A program made the position numbers and the translations under genes. Under the pieces are notes generated by a model. That model made no database searches. It was not told the origin of the DNA and saw only the letters and a program-made list of their open reading frames with translations. From contig JAFSNY010000006.1 of the NCBI GenBank assembly GCA_017447305.1, positions 1 to 57,411 of the forward strand: a DNA stretch of 57,411 bases. Reading direction: 5' to 3'. Each line of letters begins with the position of its first letter. Position 1 is the stretch's first letter. Below are positions 43,003-51,979 of this stretch, piece after piece. This DNA is from Bacilli bacterium (GTDB lineage Bacteria; Bacillota_I; Bacilli_A; RFN20; CAG-826).

Positions 43003-44088
43003 ATGAAATATCAACCTAATATTCCTAGTGAATTATTCAATAAATTTATTGAAAACTTAGGATATATACCAGAAGGACAATCTATTTTAGTTGTTAGAGA
43101 TTTTTATACTGCATGTTATTTATCTATAAATAATAAAGTAACATTTGTTAGTGATGACCAAGAAGCGATTGAACTTTTTATTAAAACTGTAATATATAAT
43201 CCTGAATTTGGAACAGATGATAAGTATATTTTTGTTAGAGAAAATATAAAAACAGAATGGTTAAATACAATAAATTGGGTAATAAAAAATATGAAGTTTG
43301 ATGTAGCTATTATGAATCCACCATATGATGGAAATCTTCATTTAAAAATTCTTGAAAAAGTTATTCCAATTGCAAATAAAGTAGTAAATATTTCACCAGC
43401 AAATCAATTTTTTGCAGCAAAACGTTTATTAAAAGAATATCCAATGATTCAAAAATCTAAATTTTTGAAAAATAATATTGTTAATATTGAACTTATTGCT
43501 CCAGAAAAAGCAAGTCAAATTTTTGCAGCATCATTTGCTGGTCCATTGATGATTATTTCTTATGATAATAATTGTAAAAATGAATTAAATTATATGGATT
43601 ATAATGTTGTACCTATAGAACTTCGTTCTGTTTTTGATAAAACAATTAGAAAATGTAATGATAAAAAAATACCTAATTTATATGATGAAATTTTAAAAAA
43701 TACTAATAAAAAATTTATTTTACCATGTCCTGAAGTTCATGGTAATCAAGGAAAAAAAGATTGGGCTGAAATTACAAGTAGTAATTATGCACGTGCATTA
43801 AAGGCAAAACAAAGATGGAATTGGCATTTATCATTTGATACAGAAATTGAAAGAAAAAATTGTTATGATTCATGGCATACGCGTTTTCATCAATTTATTC
43901 ATAATTTAATAAAAGCTGATAATTTTAATTATTATGGACAATTGCCATGGTTAAATGATTATAGTCAACCATGGACAGATAAACGTTTTTGCGAATATTT
44001 TGAAATTACTGGATATATTGATGATGATCATGCCGAACCAGATTCTGAATGGGAAACTATTTTAAAAACTATAGAAGAATATAAGTAA
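43003..44088 (+). CDS. NPPY-motif N6-adenine methyltransferase-like protein, cassette 1
   Basis: FDVAIMNPPYDGNLHLKILEKV (motif IV) and a C-terminal ..CEYFEITGYIDDDHAEPDSEWETIL. No glycine-rich motif I seen upstream of NPPY. Confidence 0.7.
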   Translation: MKYQPNIPSELFNKFIENLGYIPEGQSILVVRDFYTACYLSINNKVTFVSDDQEAIELFIKTVIYNPEFGTDDKYIFVRENIKTEWLNTINWVIKNMKFDVAIMNPPYDGNLHLKILEKVIPIANKVVNISPANQFFAAKRLLKEYPMIQKSKFLKNNIVNIELIAPEKASQIFAASFAGPLMIISYDNNCKNELNYMDYNVVPIELRSVFDKTIRKCNDKKIPNLYDEILKNTNKKFILPCPEVHGNQGKKDWAEITSSNYARALKAKQRWNWHLSFDTEIERKNCYDSWHTRFHQFIHNLIKADNFNYYGQLPWLNDYSQPWTDKRFCEYFEITGYIDDDHAEPDSEWETILKTIEEYK

Positions 44089-44089
44089 T

Positions 44090-44146
44090 CTGTAAAGGAA
44101 TATTATTTTAAAAACAGTTGACATTAATCAACTGTTTTTCTATATT
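44090..44146 (+). promoter_or_regulatory. terminator-promoter module (leaderless output)
   Basis: TCTGTAAAG..(28)..TTGACA-N17-TATATT. Hairpin AACAGTTGA-cattaa-TCAACTGTT plus T5. The ATG is 7 nt after the -10. Confidence 0.7.
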
Positions 44147-44153
44147 ATATAAT

Positions 44154-44939
44154 ATGAGTGATATTAAAAATCTTATTACTGCAAAAGCACATGACCCTTA
44201 TAGGGAATTTGAAATTGTAAACTATCTTACTTGTATTGAAAATGCACATAAAGCTTTCTTTAAATTTATGGCTGAACAAGGTTATGAATTATATAAAAAG
44301 AAAGATTATTTACGTAAAGTAATTTCTGATTTTGCAAAAAAATTAAAACATGATATTAAAGAACAAGATTTATCGTTAGTCGATGGCCGTAATTATTTAG
44401 TCGCTCCAAATCTTAGTGATGATGATATTCAACGTCTTATTTGGAAATGGCAAGGTAATATTATGGAAATTATCGCCGGTTGGATGTTCATGAATAATTT
44501 ACATCCATATACTGCTGATTTTACATTTGACGAAATGTGTGGCGATGATAGAAAAGATATGGGGGTTGATGGTTGGGTAAGGTCAACAGTTTGTCGTAAT
44601 TTTTTCTATGGTATTCAAGTAAAATATAGATTTGAAAAAGATGTAAATTGGAATGATCAAATTACAAAATGTGCATTTTTGACAGAACAACGTATTAGAC
44701 AATTATATCAAGATAATCAATTAACTGATGAAGAATGGATTAAATGGGGTAAACAAATTCAAAAAAGAGTTATTCTCGTGACAACTACTGGTTTATCTGA
44801 TCTTGTTATTGATACAATTTCTAAAAACGTATTTTATGTAATTGATGAAAATATTTTATTACATTATTTAGGTATGGAAAATAATGTAAATCCAAAGAAA
44901 GTAATTTGGGAAAATCTTTATAACTATCTAATTTCATAG
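44154..44939 (+). CDS. PD-(D)-QxK restriction-endonuclease-fold protein, cassette 1
   Basis: MGVDGWV..(13 aa)..IQVKY fits a D...QxK nuclease core. Start set to ATG 44154, 7 nt after the TATATT of promoter 44090-44146; the track start lies inside the promoter. Confidence 0.55.
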   Translation: MSDIKNLITAKAHDPYREFEIVNYLTCIENAHKAFFKFMAEQGYELYKKKDYLRKVISDFAKKLKHDIKEQDLSLVDGRNYLVAPNLSDDDIQRLIWKWQGNIMEIIAGWMFMNNLHPYTADFTFDEMCGDDRKDMGVDGWVRSTVCRNFFYGIQVKYRFEKDVNWNDQITKCAFLTEQRIRQLYQDNQLTDEEWIKWGKQIQKRVILVTTTGLSDLVIDTISKNVFYVIDENILLHYLGMENNVNPKKVIWENLYNYLIS

Positions 44940-44943
44940 TTGT

Positions 44944-45000
44944 CTGAATAGAAATAACATTGAAGTAACCGTTGACTAAACTCAACGGTTTTTCTATATT
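44944..45000 (+). promoter_or_regulatory. terminator-promoter module
   Basis: TCTGAATAG..(28)..TTGACT-N17-TATATT. Hairpin AACCGTTGA-ctaaac-TCAACGGTT plus T5. Confidence 0.7.
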
Positions 45001-45027
45001 ATAAAGGTAATCAATACGGAGTTTATT

Positions 45028-45462
45028 ATGCCTAAAACAACCACAGCAAAACGAATTAACGAAGCATTTGCAAATGCAATCAAGGTTTCTAACGAAGTTC
45101 AGAAACAAGTTGAACGTATCGAACAGGCAAAAAAGAAAGCTGTTGAGGCATATTGCAAACAGGTAAAAAATTATATCATGTCTGAATTGCCGGATATTAC
45201 ATGGTATAGTGAAGAGTCATATGATATGCTTAAAGTCGAAGACGTTGTAGCTGGTAAGAAGATTTATGATTTCCGTATTTTCTTCGACTGGAATGGCAAA
45301 CGTTTTCGTATCAAGGCACAAGGAAAGAATTACTGGGTTGGTATCGAAACTGACGGATATTGTGATGTCTATCGTGATGTTAAGGATCTTTCCAATTTCA
45401 AGAAAATGATTGAAGAACTTTACAGTGAATGGGATAAACGTTATAATAAGGAGCACAAATAA
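45028..45462 (+). CDS. hypothetical protein
   Basis: ORF track. Promoter 44944-45000 and GGAG upstream. Confidence 0.6.
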   Translation: MPKTTTAKRINEAFANAIKVSNEVQKQVERIEQAKKKAVEAYCKQVKNYIMSELPDITWYSEESYDMLKVEDVVAGKKIYDFRIFFDWNGKRFRIKAQGKNYWVGIETDGYCDVYRDVKDLSNFKKMIEELYSEWDKRYNKEHK

Positions 45463-45848
45463 TGTATCTGTTCAGAAGAATTTCATTTGAAAGAAACATA
45501 ACAAAGGGTGCAAAAGGTCGTGTAGATTTATATCAGTCTTTGAATCCAAATCTGAATTATCTCATTGGTTGTGCAAAATCAAATGTAAAATCACTTGATG
45601 ACAATCTTCCAAACTGGCATGTAATTGAAAAGAATCCAGATCAAAAATATCATCCTGGTTGTGTTTTCCAGGCTGAAGGTATGACAGTATTTAACTGTGG
45701 ACCATATGATGAAGAATTATATGAAGGCAGAACGAAAGTTTATATTTTCAATACTGATTATATTCCTGCTAATATGGTTAAAGAAATTGACGAATATAAT
45801 ATTTCATTTATGAAAGACCCGAATCAAGTTTATGCGGAAACAAACTAA
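45462..45848 (+). CDS. hypothetical protein
   Basis: ORF track; TAATG overlap. Confidence 0.55.
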   Translation: MYLFRRISFERNITKGAKGRVDLYQSLNPNLNYLIGCAKSNVKSLDDNLPNWHVIEKNPDQKYHPGCVFQAEGMTVFNCGPYDEELYEGRTKVYIFNTDYIPANMVKEIDEYNISFMKDPNQVYAETN

Positions 45849-45866
45849 GTGATAAGGAATATATCT

Positions 45867-46229
45867 ATGGCAGAGAAAATGACAGCAGTTGAACGTGAAA
45901 ACACAAAATTCAATGTAATTGAAGTTGTAACAGAATTCAATGTTCCTCAGTCTTCAAAAGTTGTATTGAGCAATGTTCGTTATCATGATTTACCGAAAAG
46001 GCTCGCAAAGTATTTAGTTCCTCATTTTAATAGTTATTACACTAGTCATAAGTTTTCTGAAAAAGAACTGACAACCAAATTTGAAAGTAAATGGTACGAT
46101 ATGTGGAAGTCAGAACAAAGAAATGATTTTGATGATTATTGGATGGGTAGCACTGCGGTTGATCATTGGTCTACTAAAGGCAAACATGCTATGCAAGCAA
46201 ATCATTATATTTTCTTTCAAAAGGTTTAG
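45867..46229 (+). CDS. hypothetical protein
   Basis: Track ORF starts at GTG 45849. ATG 45867 has AAGGAA 7 nt upstream. Confidence 0.55.
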   Translation: MAEKMTAVERENTKFNVIEVVTEFNVPQSSKVVLSNVRYHDLPKRLAKYLVPHFNSYYTSHKFSEKELTTKFESKWYDMWKSEQRNDFDDYWMGSTAVDHWSTKGKHAMQANHYIFFQKV

Positions 46230-46231
46230 TT

Positions 46232-46534
46232 ATGAAGACATCTGGTAATACTGTTTGTATCAATAATGGTTTGGAAAATCCCGTTGAACTTTGGCATCTT
46301 GAAATGCTGCCAAATGGTGAAGAAAAAAGAACTAAGATTGGTCTTGTGACAAATATCACTGCATATTACCATGTTCTTGTTCAAATCAAAAAGAAACAGC
46401 TCGAAGGTTATTACTTCAAAGAACCAAGCGGAAGATCTAAAGTTCAAGTTATGCCTAATGGTAAGACATCCGATAATCCTGAATGGTTGTTTGGAAAGTT
46501 TGACCAATATCTTGCAGAATTGGTAGGATTTTAA
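46232..46534 (+). CDS. hypothetical protein
   Basis: ORF track. The antisense ORF 46226-46537 is rejected. Confidence 0.55.
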   Translation: MKTSGNTVCINNGLENPVELWHLEMLPNGEEKRTKIGLVTNITAYYHVLVQIKKKQLEGYYFKEPSGRSKVQVMPNGKTSDNPEWLFGKFDQYLAELVGF

Positions 46535-46536
46535 CA

Positions 46537-46692
46537 ATGAAATTGTTTTTAGAAATCATTAAGACTCCATTCTATCTAATCGGTGTTGCTGTATTAGGAT
46601 TTATTTGCTTAATAGAAATTTTAGAAGAAAAAGAAGAAAAACGTTACGAAAATCCATTGATGAAGAAATATGAGCTTAATAGATTTATCTAA
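46537..46692 (+). CDS. hypothetical 51-aa membrane peptide
   Basis: Own translation MKLFLEIIKTPFYLIGVAVLGFICLIEIL... One hydrophobic helix. Overlaps the next gene by 23 nt. Confidence 0.4.
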   Translation: MKLFLEIIKTPFYLIGVAVLGFICLIEILEEKEEKRYENPLMKKYELNRFI

Positions 46693-47143
46693 ATACAATT
46701 TTGACAGTCCTGAAATATTGAGACTTAATGAACTAATTGACATGCCATACGAAACAAAGCGTAATGATGAGATTGGTCGTTTAGGGCTAAGTCTTATTGA
46801 TCATTATTACAAATTACAAACAAATATTGATTCTACAAGATTCCCAGGTGAAAAAATTTATTATTTTATAAAATGTACAGGTCATGTAAGTAATACAACT
46901 TTTAAAATGCATGCTTTGGTATATGAATTGCCAGACCATAGAGAATTTTCAGGTGAGTTTCGTAATAAATTTATATATTTGCCTGACCAATATCTGGATT
47001 TATCAAGCATAAATGGCTGGCGATTTAAAGAAACAGAACAAGAAATATATGAGCGATATAAGAGCGGTTCATTTTTGTGGCAAGATTATTTACGTCATAT
47101 GCAAGATGAGCATGAACGTGAATATGGGTCAAGAGAATGGTAA
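46670..47143 (+). CDS. hypothetical protein
   Basis: ORF track. Confidence 0.55.
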   Translation: MSLIDLSKYNFDSPEILRLNELIDMPYETKRNDEIGRLGLSLIDHYYKLQTNIDSTRFPGEKIYYFIKCTGHVSNTTFKMHALVYELPDHREFSGEFRNKFIYLPDQYLDLSSINGWRFKETEQEIYERYKSGSFLWQDYLRHMQDEHEREYGSREW

Positions 47144-47170
47144 TTAAATTTTAACAAAAGGAAAAATAAA

Positions 47171-47734
47171 ATGTCAGTAGCAAATCCAATCGCAGAAATT
47201 GCAGAAGCACTCAGAGCAAGAACTGCACAAGTAGTAGTATCAGAAGGAACTCACACGACACCTGCTTCTGTCGGTGGTCCTGAAAATATCCCAGCTACCC
47301 AGTATATGGGTTATATAGAACGATTTATTACTCCGAAGCAGAAAGAATCGTATTACATTGTAACGTTTGATATTGATCAACGAGATGCGGACTGTATTAC
47401 CGTTTCGTCGACACAACATGGTAAGCTTGACAGTGATGAACTTATCCGTTTGTCAATTATGAAGCATTATCGTGAAATTGACGACTGGGATGGCGGTTGG
47501 TATAACCTCGGTCCAATGGAAGAATATATTTCTGATAATTATTTAAATGGATTCTTCTATGACTCCTGTAATCGTTTTGGTTTCGATGATATTTCGATTG
47601 AAGGTTATGACGCAGACAAGGATGAATTTTATACGATTGATATTCCTACTCCGTCTCAACTTGGTATTCAAAACATTACTGATGCCTATCATCAGTATTT
47701 TGACTGCGGAGAAGCTAACGAAGACGAAGATTAA
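47171..47734 (+). CDS. hypothetical protein, YYIV.FDIDQRDADCI family
   Basis: ORF track, AAAGGAAA upstream. Clear paralog of 56613-57083. Confidence 0.65.
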   Translation: MSVANPIAEIAEALRARTAQVVVSEGTHTTPASVGGPENIPATQYMGYIERFITPKQKESYYIVTFDIDQRDADCITVSSTQHGKLDSDELIRLSIMKHYREIDDWDGGWYNLGPMEEYISDNYLNGFFYDSCNRFGFDDISIEGYDADKDEFYTIDIPTPSQLGIQNITDAYHQYFDCGEANEDED

Positions 47735-47743
47735 TTAAGCTGT

Positions 47744-47800
47744 CTGAAAGAATATAATAATGGGTTAGTTGTTTACAATGACTGACCTATTTTCTATATT
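47744..47800 (+). promoter_or_regulatory. terminator-promoter module
   Basis: TCTGAAAG..(28)..TTTACA-N17-TATATT. An 11-bp hairpin has TAC of TTTACA as its loop. Confidence 0.7.
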
Positions 47801-47819
47801 GTAATTATAAGGAGTATTT

Positions 47820-48086
47820 ATGTTCAGTTTTTTCAAACAAAAGAAAGAAACACAAGAACCAAAGTATATGTTCACTGTAGCCAAGATGAAGAAGAATGGC
47901 TCGTTTGATGACTGTCTTTATTTGAAGAACTGTCTTTGGAACAGAAAAACTTTGTTTGGTATCAACAAGTCTTTTGACCATTGGACTGAACGTAAAGACA
48001 AAGCTATGCTGTTTGCTGAATACACATCTGCTTGTGGTTTGTCTAACAAGATTGATGGAACTAAGGTCGTAATGATTAAGGTGTAG
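47820..48086 (+). CDS. hypothetical protein (MFSFFKQKKE...)
   Basis: ORF track. Promoter 47744-47800 and AAGGAG upstream. The N-terminus resembles that of the 51186 gene (MFNFFKKKTF). Confidence 0.55.
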   Translation: MFSFFKQKKETQEPKYMFTVAKMKKNGSFDDCLYLKNCLWNRKTLFGINKSFDHWTERKDKAMLFAEYTSACGLSNKIDGTKVVMIKV

Positions 48087-48090
48087 TATT

Positions 48091-48819
48091 TTGAAGTTCT
48101 CAGTAGCAATAACCAACCCTCCATACTCAAATTCTCTCCATTTACAGATAATGGAGGAAGTTGTTAAGCATTGCGATAAAGTTGTCAATGTAAGTCCAGT
48201 AAGATGGTTAGAAGATCCTATGGCCAGATATAAGAAGAATTCAGACTATAGCAAGTTTGAAGATTCGGTATCTAAGAAGCTGGAAGATCTGGAAGTATTA
48301 GATAGCAAGACATCGAATGGACTGTTTAACATTGAACATTCTGACTTGGGAATTTATGTTCTCGGCGATGGCGGATATGATTATTCTAAACTTTCTCAGC
48401 TGGATTCTATTTGTCAAAAGATTTTTGCTAAATGCGAAAAAAATAAAACAATGATGGATATTTCTACTGAAGAAGGTTATAGAGGACCACATGATGGAAT
48501 CTTCGGAGTTATTAGTTCTCATAGGAGAGAATCGAGTAGACTAATTTCTGATAAGTATGAACTGTTTGTTACATATAGAGAAACTTTTGGAAATAAATTA
48601 ATTTTCTTTAAGTCTGAAGAGGAACGTGATAATTGTTTTACATATCTTACATCTAAGACAATGAAGTATTATAGTAGTAAGATTAGAAAAAATCAGAGAG
48701 TTCCCTGGCAGTTTATACCTATTGTAGATTTTAACAAAAAATGTGATGATATTAGCTTAATAGAATTTTTTGGGTTTACAAAAGATGAATATAATGCTAT
48801 ACTTACATTTGGAGCTTAA
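48091..48819 (+). CDS. methyltransferase catalytic/TRD half beginning at motif IV (NPPY)
   Basis: TTG start with AAGGTG 6 nt upstream. (M)KFSVAITNPPYSNSLHLQIMEEV, with a C-terminal ..IEFFGFTKDEYNAIL. No SAM-binding region in this ORF. Confidence 0.6.
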   Translation: MKFSVAITNPPYSNSLHLQIMEEVVKHCDKVVNVSPVRWLEDPMARYKKNSDYSKFEDSVSKKLEDLEVLDSKTSNGLFNIEHSDLGIYVLGDGGYDYSKLSQLDSICQKIFAKCEKNKTMMDISTEEGYRGPHDGIFGVISSHRRESSRLISDKYELFVTYRETFGNKLIFFKSEEERDNCFTYLTSKTMKYYSSKIRKNQRVPWQFIPIVDFNKKCDDISLIEFFGFTKDEYNAILTFGA

Positions 48820-48827
48820 TAGATTTT

Positions 48828-49334
48828 ATGACATCCAAAGAAAAATTTAAGTATATTCAAGATATATTTTTTGATAGCGGTTTAACTGACAAAGATGGTC
48901 ATATGACTATCTTTGGTTATTATTATGCGACTGAAACTTTTGGGCAAGATGTAGCAAATAAGCTTAAAAGAATTTTTTGGCCACAAGGAGCATATGTTGT
49001 AAATGCATCTAAACAAGAAGATATTAAAGCATATGCTGATGGTAAAGAATTACCAAAAGATACAAAAATGTGGAGTCTGTTATGGTGGAATGAAATATCA
49101 GATGATATGTTTAATAACTTAATACAATTATTTGGTATTACTTCTGGCCGTTGGTCAAGAGTTAATGGATATTATACTCTAATGCGACGTAAGTTTGACG
49201 AACTTACAAGAGGTCAAGTGCAATATAATATGGTCATTAAAGAATTTTTTACTGAAGATCCTGATTTTGAATTATCATGGGGTATGTCACAGTATGACTT
49301 TACTGCACCAGAATGGACGGAATTAAAGTTATGA
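48828..49334 (+). CDS. hypothetical protein, tail DFTAPEWTELKL
   Basis: ORF track. Confidence 0.6.
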   Translation: MTSKEKFKYIQDIFFDSGLTDKDGHMTIFGYYYATETFGQDVANKLKRIFWPQGAYVVNASKQEDIKAYADGKELPKDTKMWSLLWWNEISDDMFNNLIQLFGITSGRWSRVNGYYTLMRRKFDELTRGQVQYNMVIKEFFTEDPDFELSWGMSQYDFTAPEWTELKL

Positions 49335-49510
49335 GTTACCCAGGACCATGTATTAGATTTTTGGAAATACCAACAGAATATAATGGTAGATTGTATGAGC
49401 AGGAATTGCTTGTGAAGGCATGGTCAGAAGTTCCTGATTGGGACGGTGAATATCATAATGAACCACCTATTGATTTTAGCTCGCCAGAATGGACTGATGT
49501 AGAATTATAA
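49331..49510 (+). CDS. hypothetical 59-aa protein, tail DFSSPEWTDVEL
   Basis: Track ORF 49313-49510. ATG 49331 overlaps the upstream stop (TTATGA). Confidence 0.5.
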   Translation: MSYPGPCIRFLEIPTEYNGRLYEQELLVKAWSEVPDWDGEYHNEPPIDFSSPEWTDVEL

Positions 49511-50397
49511 TGAAAGCAGAGTTAATAAAAAATTTCGTAAAGCGTGAACTATTGAATAAACACCTAACTAATGAGTTAGGCCAACTTAGTCAATATGGTA
49601 AAGAATTTATGATAAATCATTTTCATTTACCAGAAGACAGAGTTCCAACGGATTTATTTGATGAGGTTGGAATAAGTTGTATTGGTTCACCAAGAGAAAT
49701 CAGAAGCGATGTTGATTTAATGCGAGAAGCTGCAAACCCAAATCATTGGGTTCGTTTTCTATATCAGGACATAACTCCTGATGTAATTTATAATTTCTGT
49801 AATTTATTTGATATTCTCGCAAAAGACAATGCATCAGGTTATGATGTAGTCTGGGAATTAGGTGGTCATTGGTCAACTAGAGATTGTCCTGCTGGTGTTC
49901 CTATTGGAACATATGTTAATCAGCAAATTGAACGTTGTATATTTAAACAACGGTTAATGGAAAATTTACGTAGACGAATTGAACAAGATAGGGCTAGAAT
50001 GAGATTTGCTAGTCGCTATCAATATGAACCAAATAGTGTGTGGGAATGGGGAGATAGAATGACTAGTATTCGACCTCGTAGAATGGATATTGGATATGAT
50101 TTAGGATATGGAAGAGATTTTAATGCTTGGTCAACTTGGGATCCAACAGGTAGAATAATCAATCTTGAACGAGAAACACCTGTTGAATCTGGATTTCCAG
50201 ATCCTGAACAAGAAACATCGAGATATTTCGATGCGGTGGAAATGGAAAAACGATATAAAGAATTTATTAAACGGATGGACACTCGTGATGATGACGAATG
50301 GGTTTATGATGATTTTAATCGAAGATGGATAGAATTAACTAAGAAGGAACCTGAAATTGATTTCAATTCACCTGAGTGGACTGAAGTTAAATTATAA
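49510..50397 (+). CDS. hypothetical protein, tail DFNSPEWTEVKL
   Basis: ORF track; TAATG overlap. Confidence 0.65.
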   Translation: MKAELIKNFVKRELLNKHLTNELGQLSQYGKEFMINHFHLPEDRVPTDLFDEVGISCIGSPREIRSDVDLMREAANPNHWVRFLYQDITPDVIYNFCNLFDILAKDNASGYDVVWELGGHWSTRDCPAGVPIGTYVNQQIERCIFKQRLMENLRRRIEQDRARMRFASRYQYEPNSVWEWGDRMTSIRPRRMDIGYDLGYGRDFNAWSTWDPTGRIINLERETPVESGFPDPEQETSRYFDAVEMEKRYKEFIKRMDTRDDDEWVYDDFNRRWIELTKKEPEIDFNSPEWTEVKL

Positions 50398-50437
50398 TTC
50401 ATTGTCATTTTACAAATCATAAATAATTTGCTATATT
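50381..50437 (+). promoter_or_regulatory. promoter module (leaderless output); CTGAAG box lies inside the upstream coding tail
   Basis: ACTGAAG (codons for T-E-V of PEWTEVKL)..(28)..TTTACA-N17-TATATT. The ATG is 6 nt after the -10. Confidence 0.6.
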
Positions 50438-50443
50438 TGTTAT

Positions 50444-50902
50444 ATGAGAGATTTAACTACAAAGAATGATGGTATTACTAGAAGCAAGGAACGTATAACC
50501 AAGAATGGTGAAGTTTTCACTCCTAAGGCTTTGGTTGAAAAGATGATGGATAAGATTCCTGCTGAAAAGTGGAAAGATCCGGAAGCTACGTTCTTGGAAC
50601 CGACATTTGGTTCTGGTAATATGTTGATTTGTATGCTCGAACGTCGCATTGAATCCGGTGTTGAACCTATCCAAGCAGTCAAGACTTTGTATGGTGTTGA
50701 ACTCATGCAAGATAATGTTGATCTCTGCAAGGATAGAATCAGAGAAGTCCTTAGGGCTAACAAGATTAAGATTGATAAGAAGGTTAACGATATTATTGAT
50801 CATAACTTTGTTTGTTCTGATTTTTTCAAATGGGATTTTGAAAATTGGTGCTCAAAGGAAGAAGTAGTTGAATCTAACGGGTTGGCAGAATTTCTAGTAT
50901 AA
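50444..50902 (+). CDS. SAM-binding N-terminal half of a gamma-class N6-adenine methyltransferase (motifs X, I, II, III only)
   Basis: GEVFTPKALVEKMM (X), FLEPTFGSGNML (I), LYGVELMQD (II), CSDFFKWDF (III). The ORF stops where motif IV would follow. Leaderless-type promoter 50381-50437. Confidence 0.65.
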   Translation: MRDLTTKNDGITRSKERITKNGEVFTPKALVEKMMDKIPAEKWKDPEATFLEPTFGSGNMLICMLERRIESGVEPIQAVKTLYGVELMQDNVDLCKDRIREVLRANKIKIDKKVNDIIDHNFVCSDFFKWDFENWCSKEEVVESNGLAEFLV

Positions 50903-50903
50903 G

Positions 50904-51125
50904 ATGACATTAAAAAATATGATTGAAATTCACCGTCCTGATTTGCTAAATCGTGAACATAAGTTTACACCGGTTCAGAAGCTTATTATTGATGAATGGG
51001 GAAATGAAGTTGAACAACCGAATCAATTGCCTGTTATGAAGCTGTCTGATTTACCTGGTAAAATATTTGACTCGAAGTGGACTGAATACGTTAAAGATTT
51101 GTTGAGTCCAAATAGGATTATGTAA
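50904..51125 (+). CDS. hypothetical protein
   Basis: ORF track. Contains FDSKWTEYV, reminiscent of the PEWT tail. Confidence 0.5.
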   Translation: MTLKNMIEIHRPDLLNREHKFTPVQKLIIDEWGNEVEQPNQLPVMKLSDLPGKIFDSKWTEYVKDLLSPNRIM

Positions 51126-51129
51126 AAGG

Positions 51130-51158
51130 TTTACAATGGGTTAATCTTTTTCTATATT
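51130..51158 (+). promoter_or_regulatory. sigma70-type promoter
   Basis: TTTACA-N17-TATATT within the hairpin AAAAGGTT..AATCTTTT. Confidence 0.55.
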
Positions 51159-51185
51159 GTAAAGGTAATCAAAAAGGAGTTAATA

Positions 51186-51872
51186 ATGTTCAATTTCTTC
51201 AAAAAGAAAACGTTTTCTAAAGATTGTCTTAATGAACTGATGGAACGTAAAGATAAATTTACATTTGATACTCAACTTAATCTTGTTCGTATTAGGGGAA
51301 CTGATATCTTTGGACCGCTTAATGATTTAACGTTTGAAAGTGTTGATAATATTGAAACATTCAAGATTATTCCTGGTTATAAAGTCGGTTCAGAACTCTA
51401 TTTCAAGCATGAATTGCATGAAGATGACATTAAGAGTGCATTGGAACAGATTAATGACAGAACATTGGCTTGTGAAAATAGTATTAAAGTTGCTATTGAA
51501 AAATATGAATACAATAAAGAATTCTTACGTTTTCCGGCGCTAGCTACTAATGAAGAAGGTAAGCATTACTTTTTGTTTATTGCTCTTCGTCCTGGTAATC
51601 TTGAAGAATATCTTAAATTCATTGAAGAAAAAACTGCTAAATTAAAAGTTAACAAATCTGAAGATATTGATTTTTATAAGGAATATAAGTCTTACATTCT
51701 AAAGAAATTCAAAGATGTAATGGGAATTGATTATCAATATGATAAGATGATTGTCATTGAGCCTTATATGACTTGGTATGACCAAAATAAAGAAGAACTT
51801 GAAAAGAAGGCACATCGTTTAAATGAAAACAAAAAGTGTCATAATGCATTTGATTTAATTAGATTGGCTTAA
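51186..51872 (+). CDS. hypothetical protein
   Basis: ORF track. Promoter 51130-51158 and AAGGAG upstream. Confidence 0.6.
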   Translation: MFNFFKKKTFSKDCLNELMERKDKFTFDTQLNLVRIRGTDIFGPLNDLTFESVDNIETFKIIPGYKVGSELYFKHELHEDDIKSALEQINDRTLACENSIKVAIEKYEYNKEFLRFPALATNEEGKHYFLFIALRPGNLEEYLKFIEEKTAKLKVNKSEDIDFYKEYKSYILKKFKDVMGIDYQYDKMIVIEPYMTWYDQNKEELEKKAHRLNENKKCHNAFDLIRLA

Positions 51873-51893
51873 AGAAAAATAATTATTGGGTGA

Positions 51894-51950
51894 CTGATAA
51901 AATATATTATAAACTCTATTATTGACAATAGTAGGGTTTTTTACTATATT
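51894..51950 (+). promoter_or_regulatory. terminator-promoter module
   Basis: GACTGATAA..(28)..TTGACA-N17-TATATT. Hairpin CTATTATT-GAC-AATAGTAG followed by GGT6. Confidence 0.7.
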
Positions 51951-51979
51951 ATATAATGTAAAAATAAAAGGATATTAAA

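Noticed and set aside
47820-48819. Fusing the 88-aa ORF and the NPPY ORF into one gene via the TAG at 48084
   Set aside because: The two ORFs are in different frames. The NPPY ORF has its own AAGGTG-TTG start context. The 88-aa product does not resemble a methyltransferase N-terminus.
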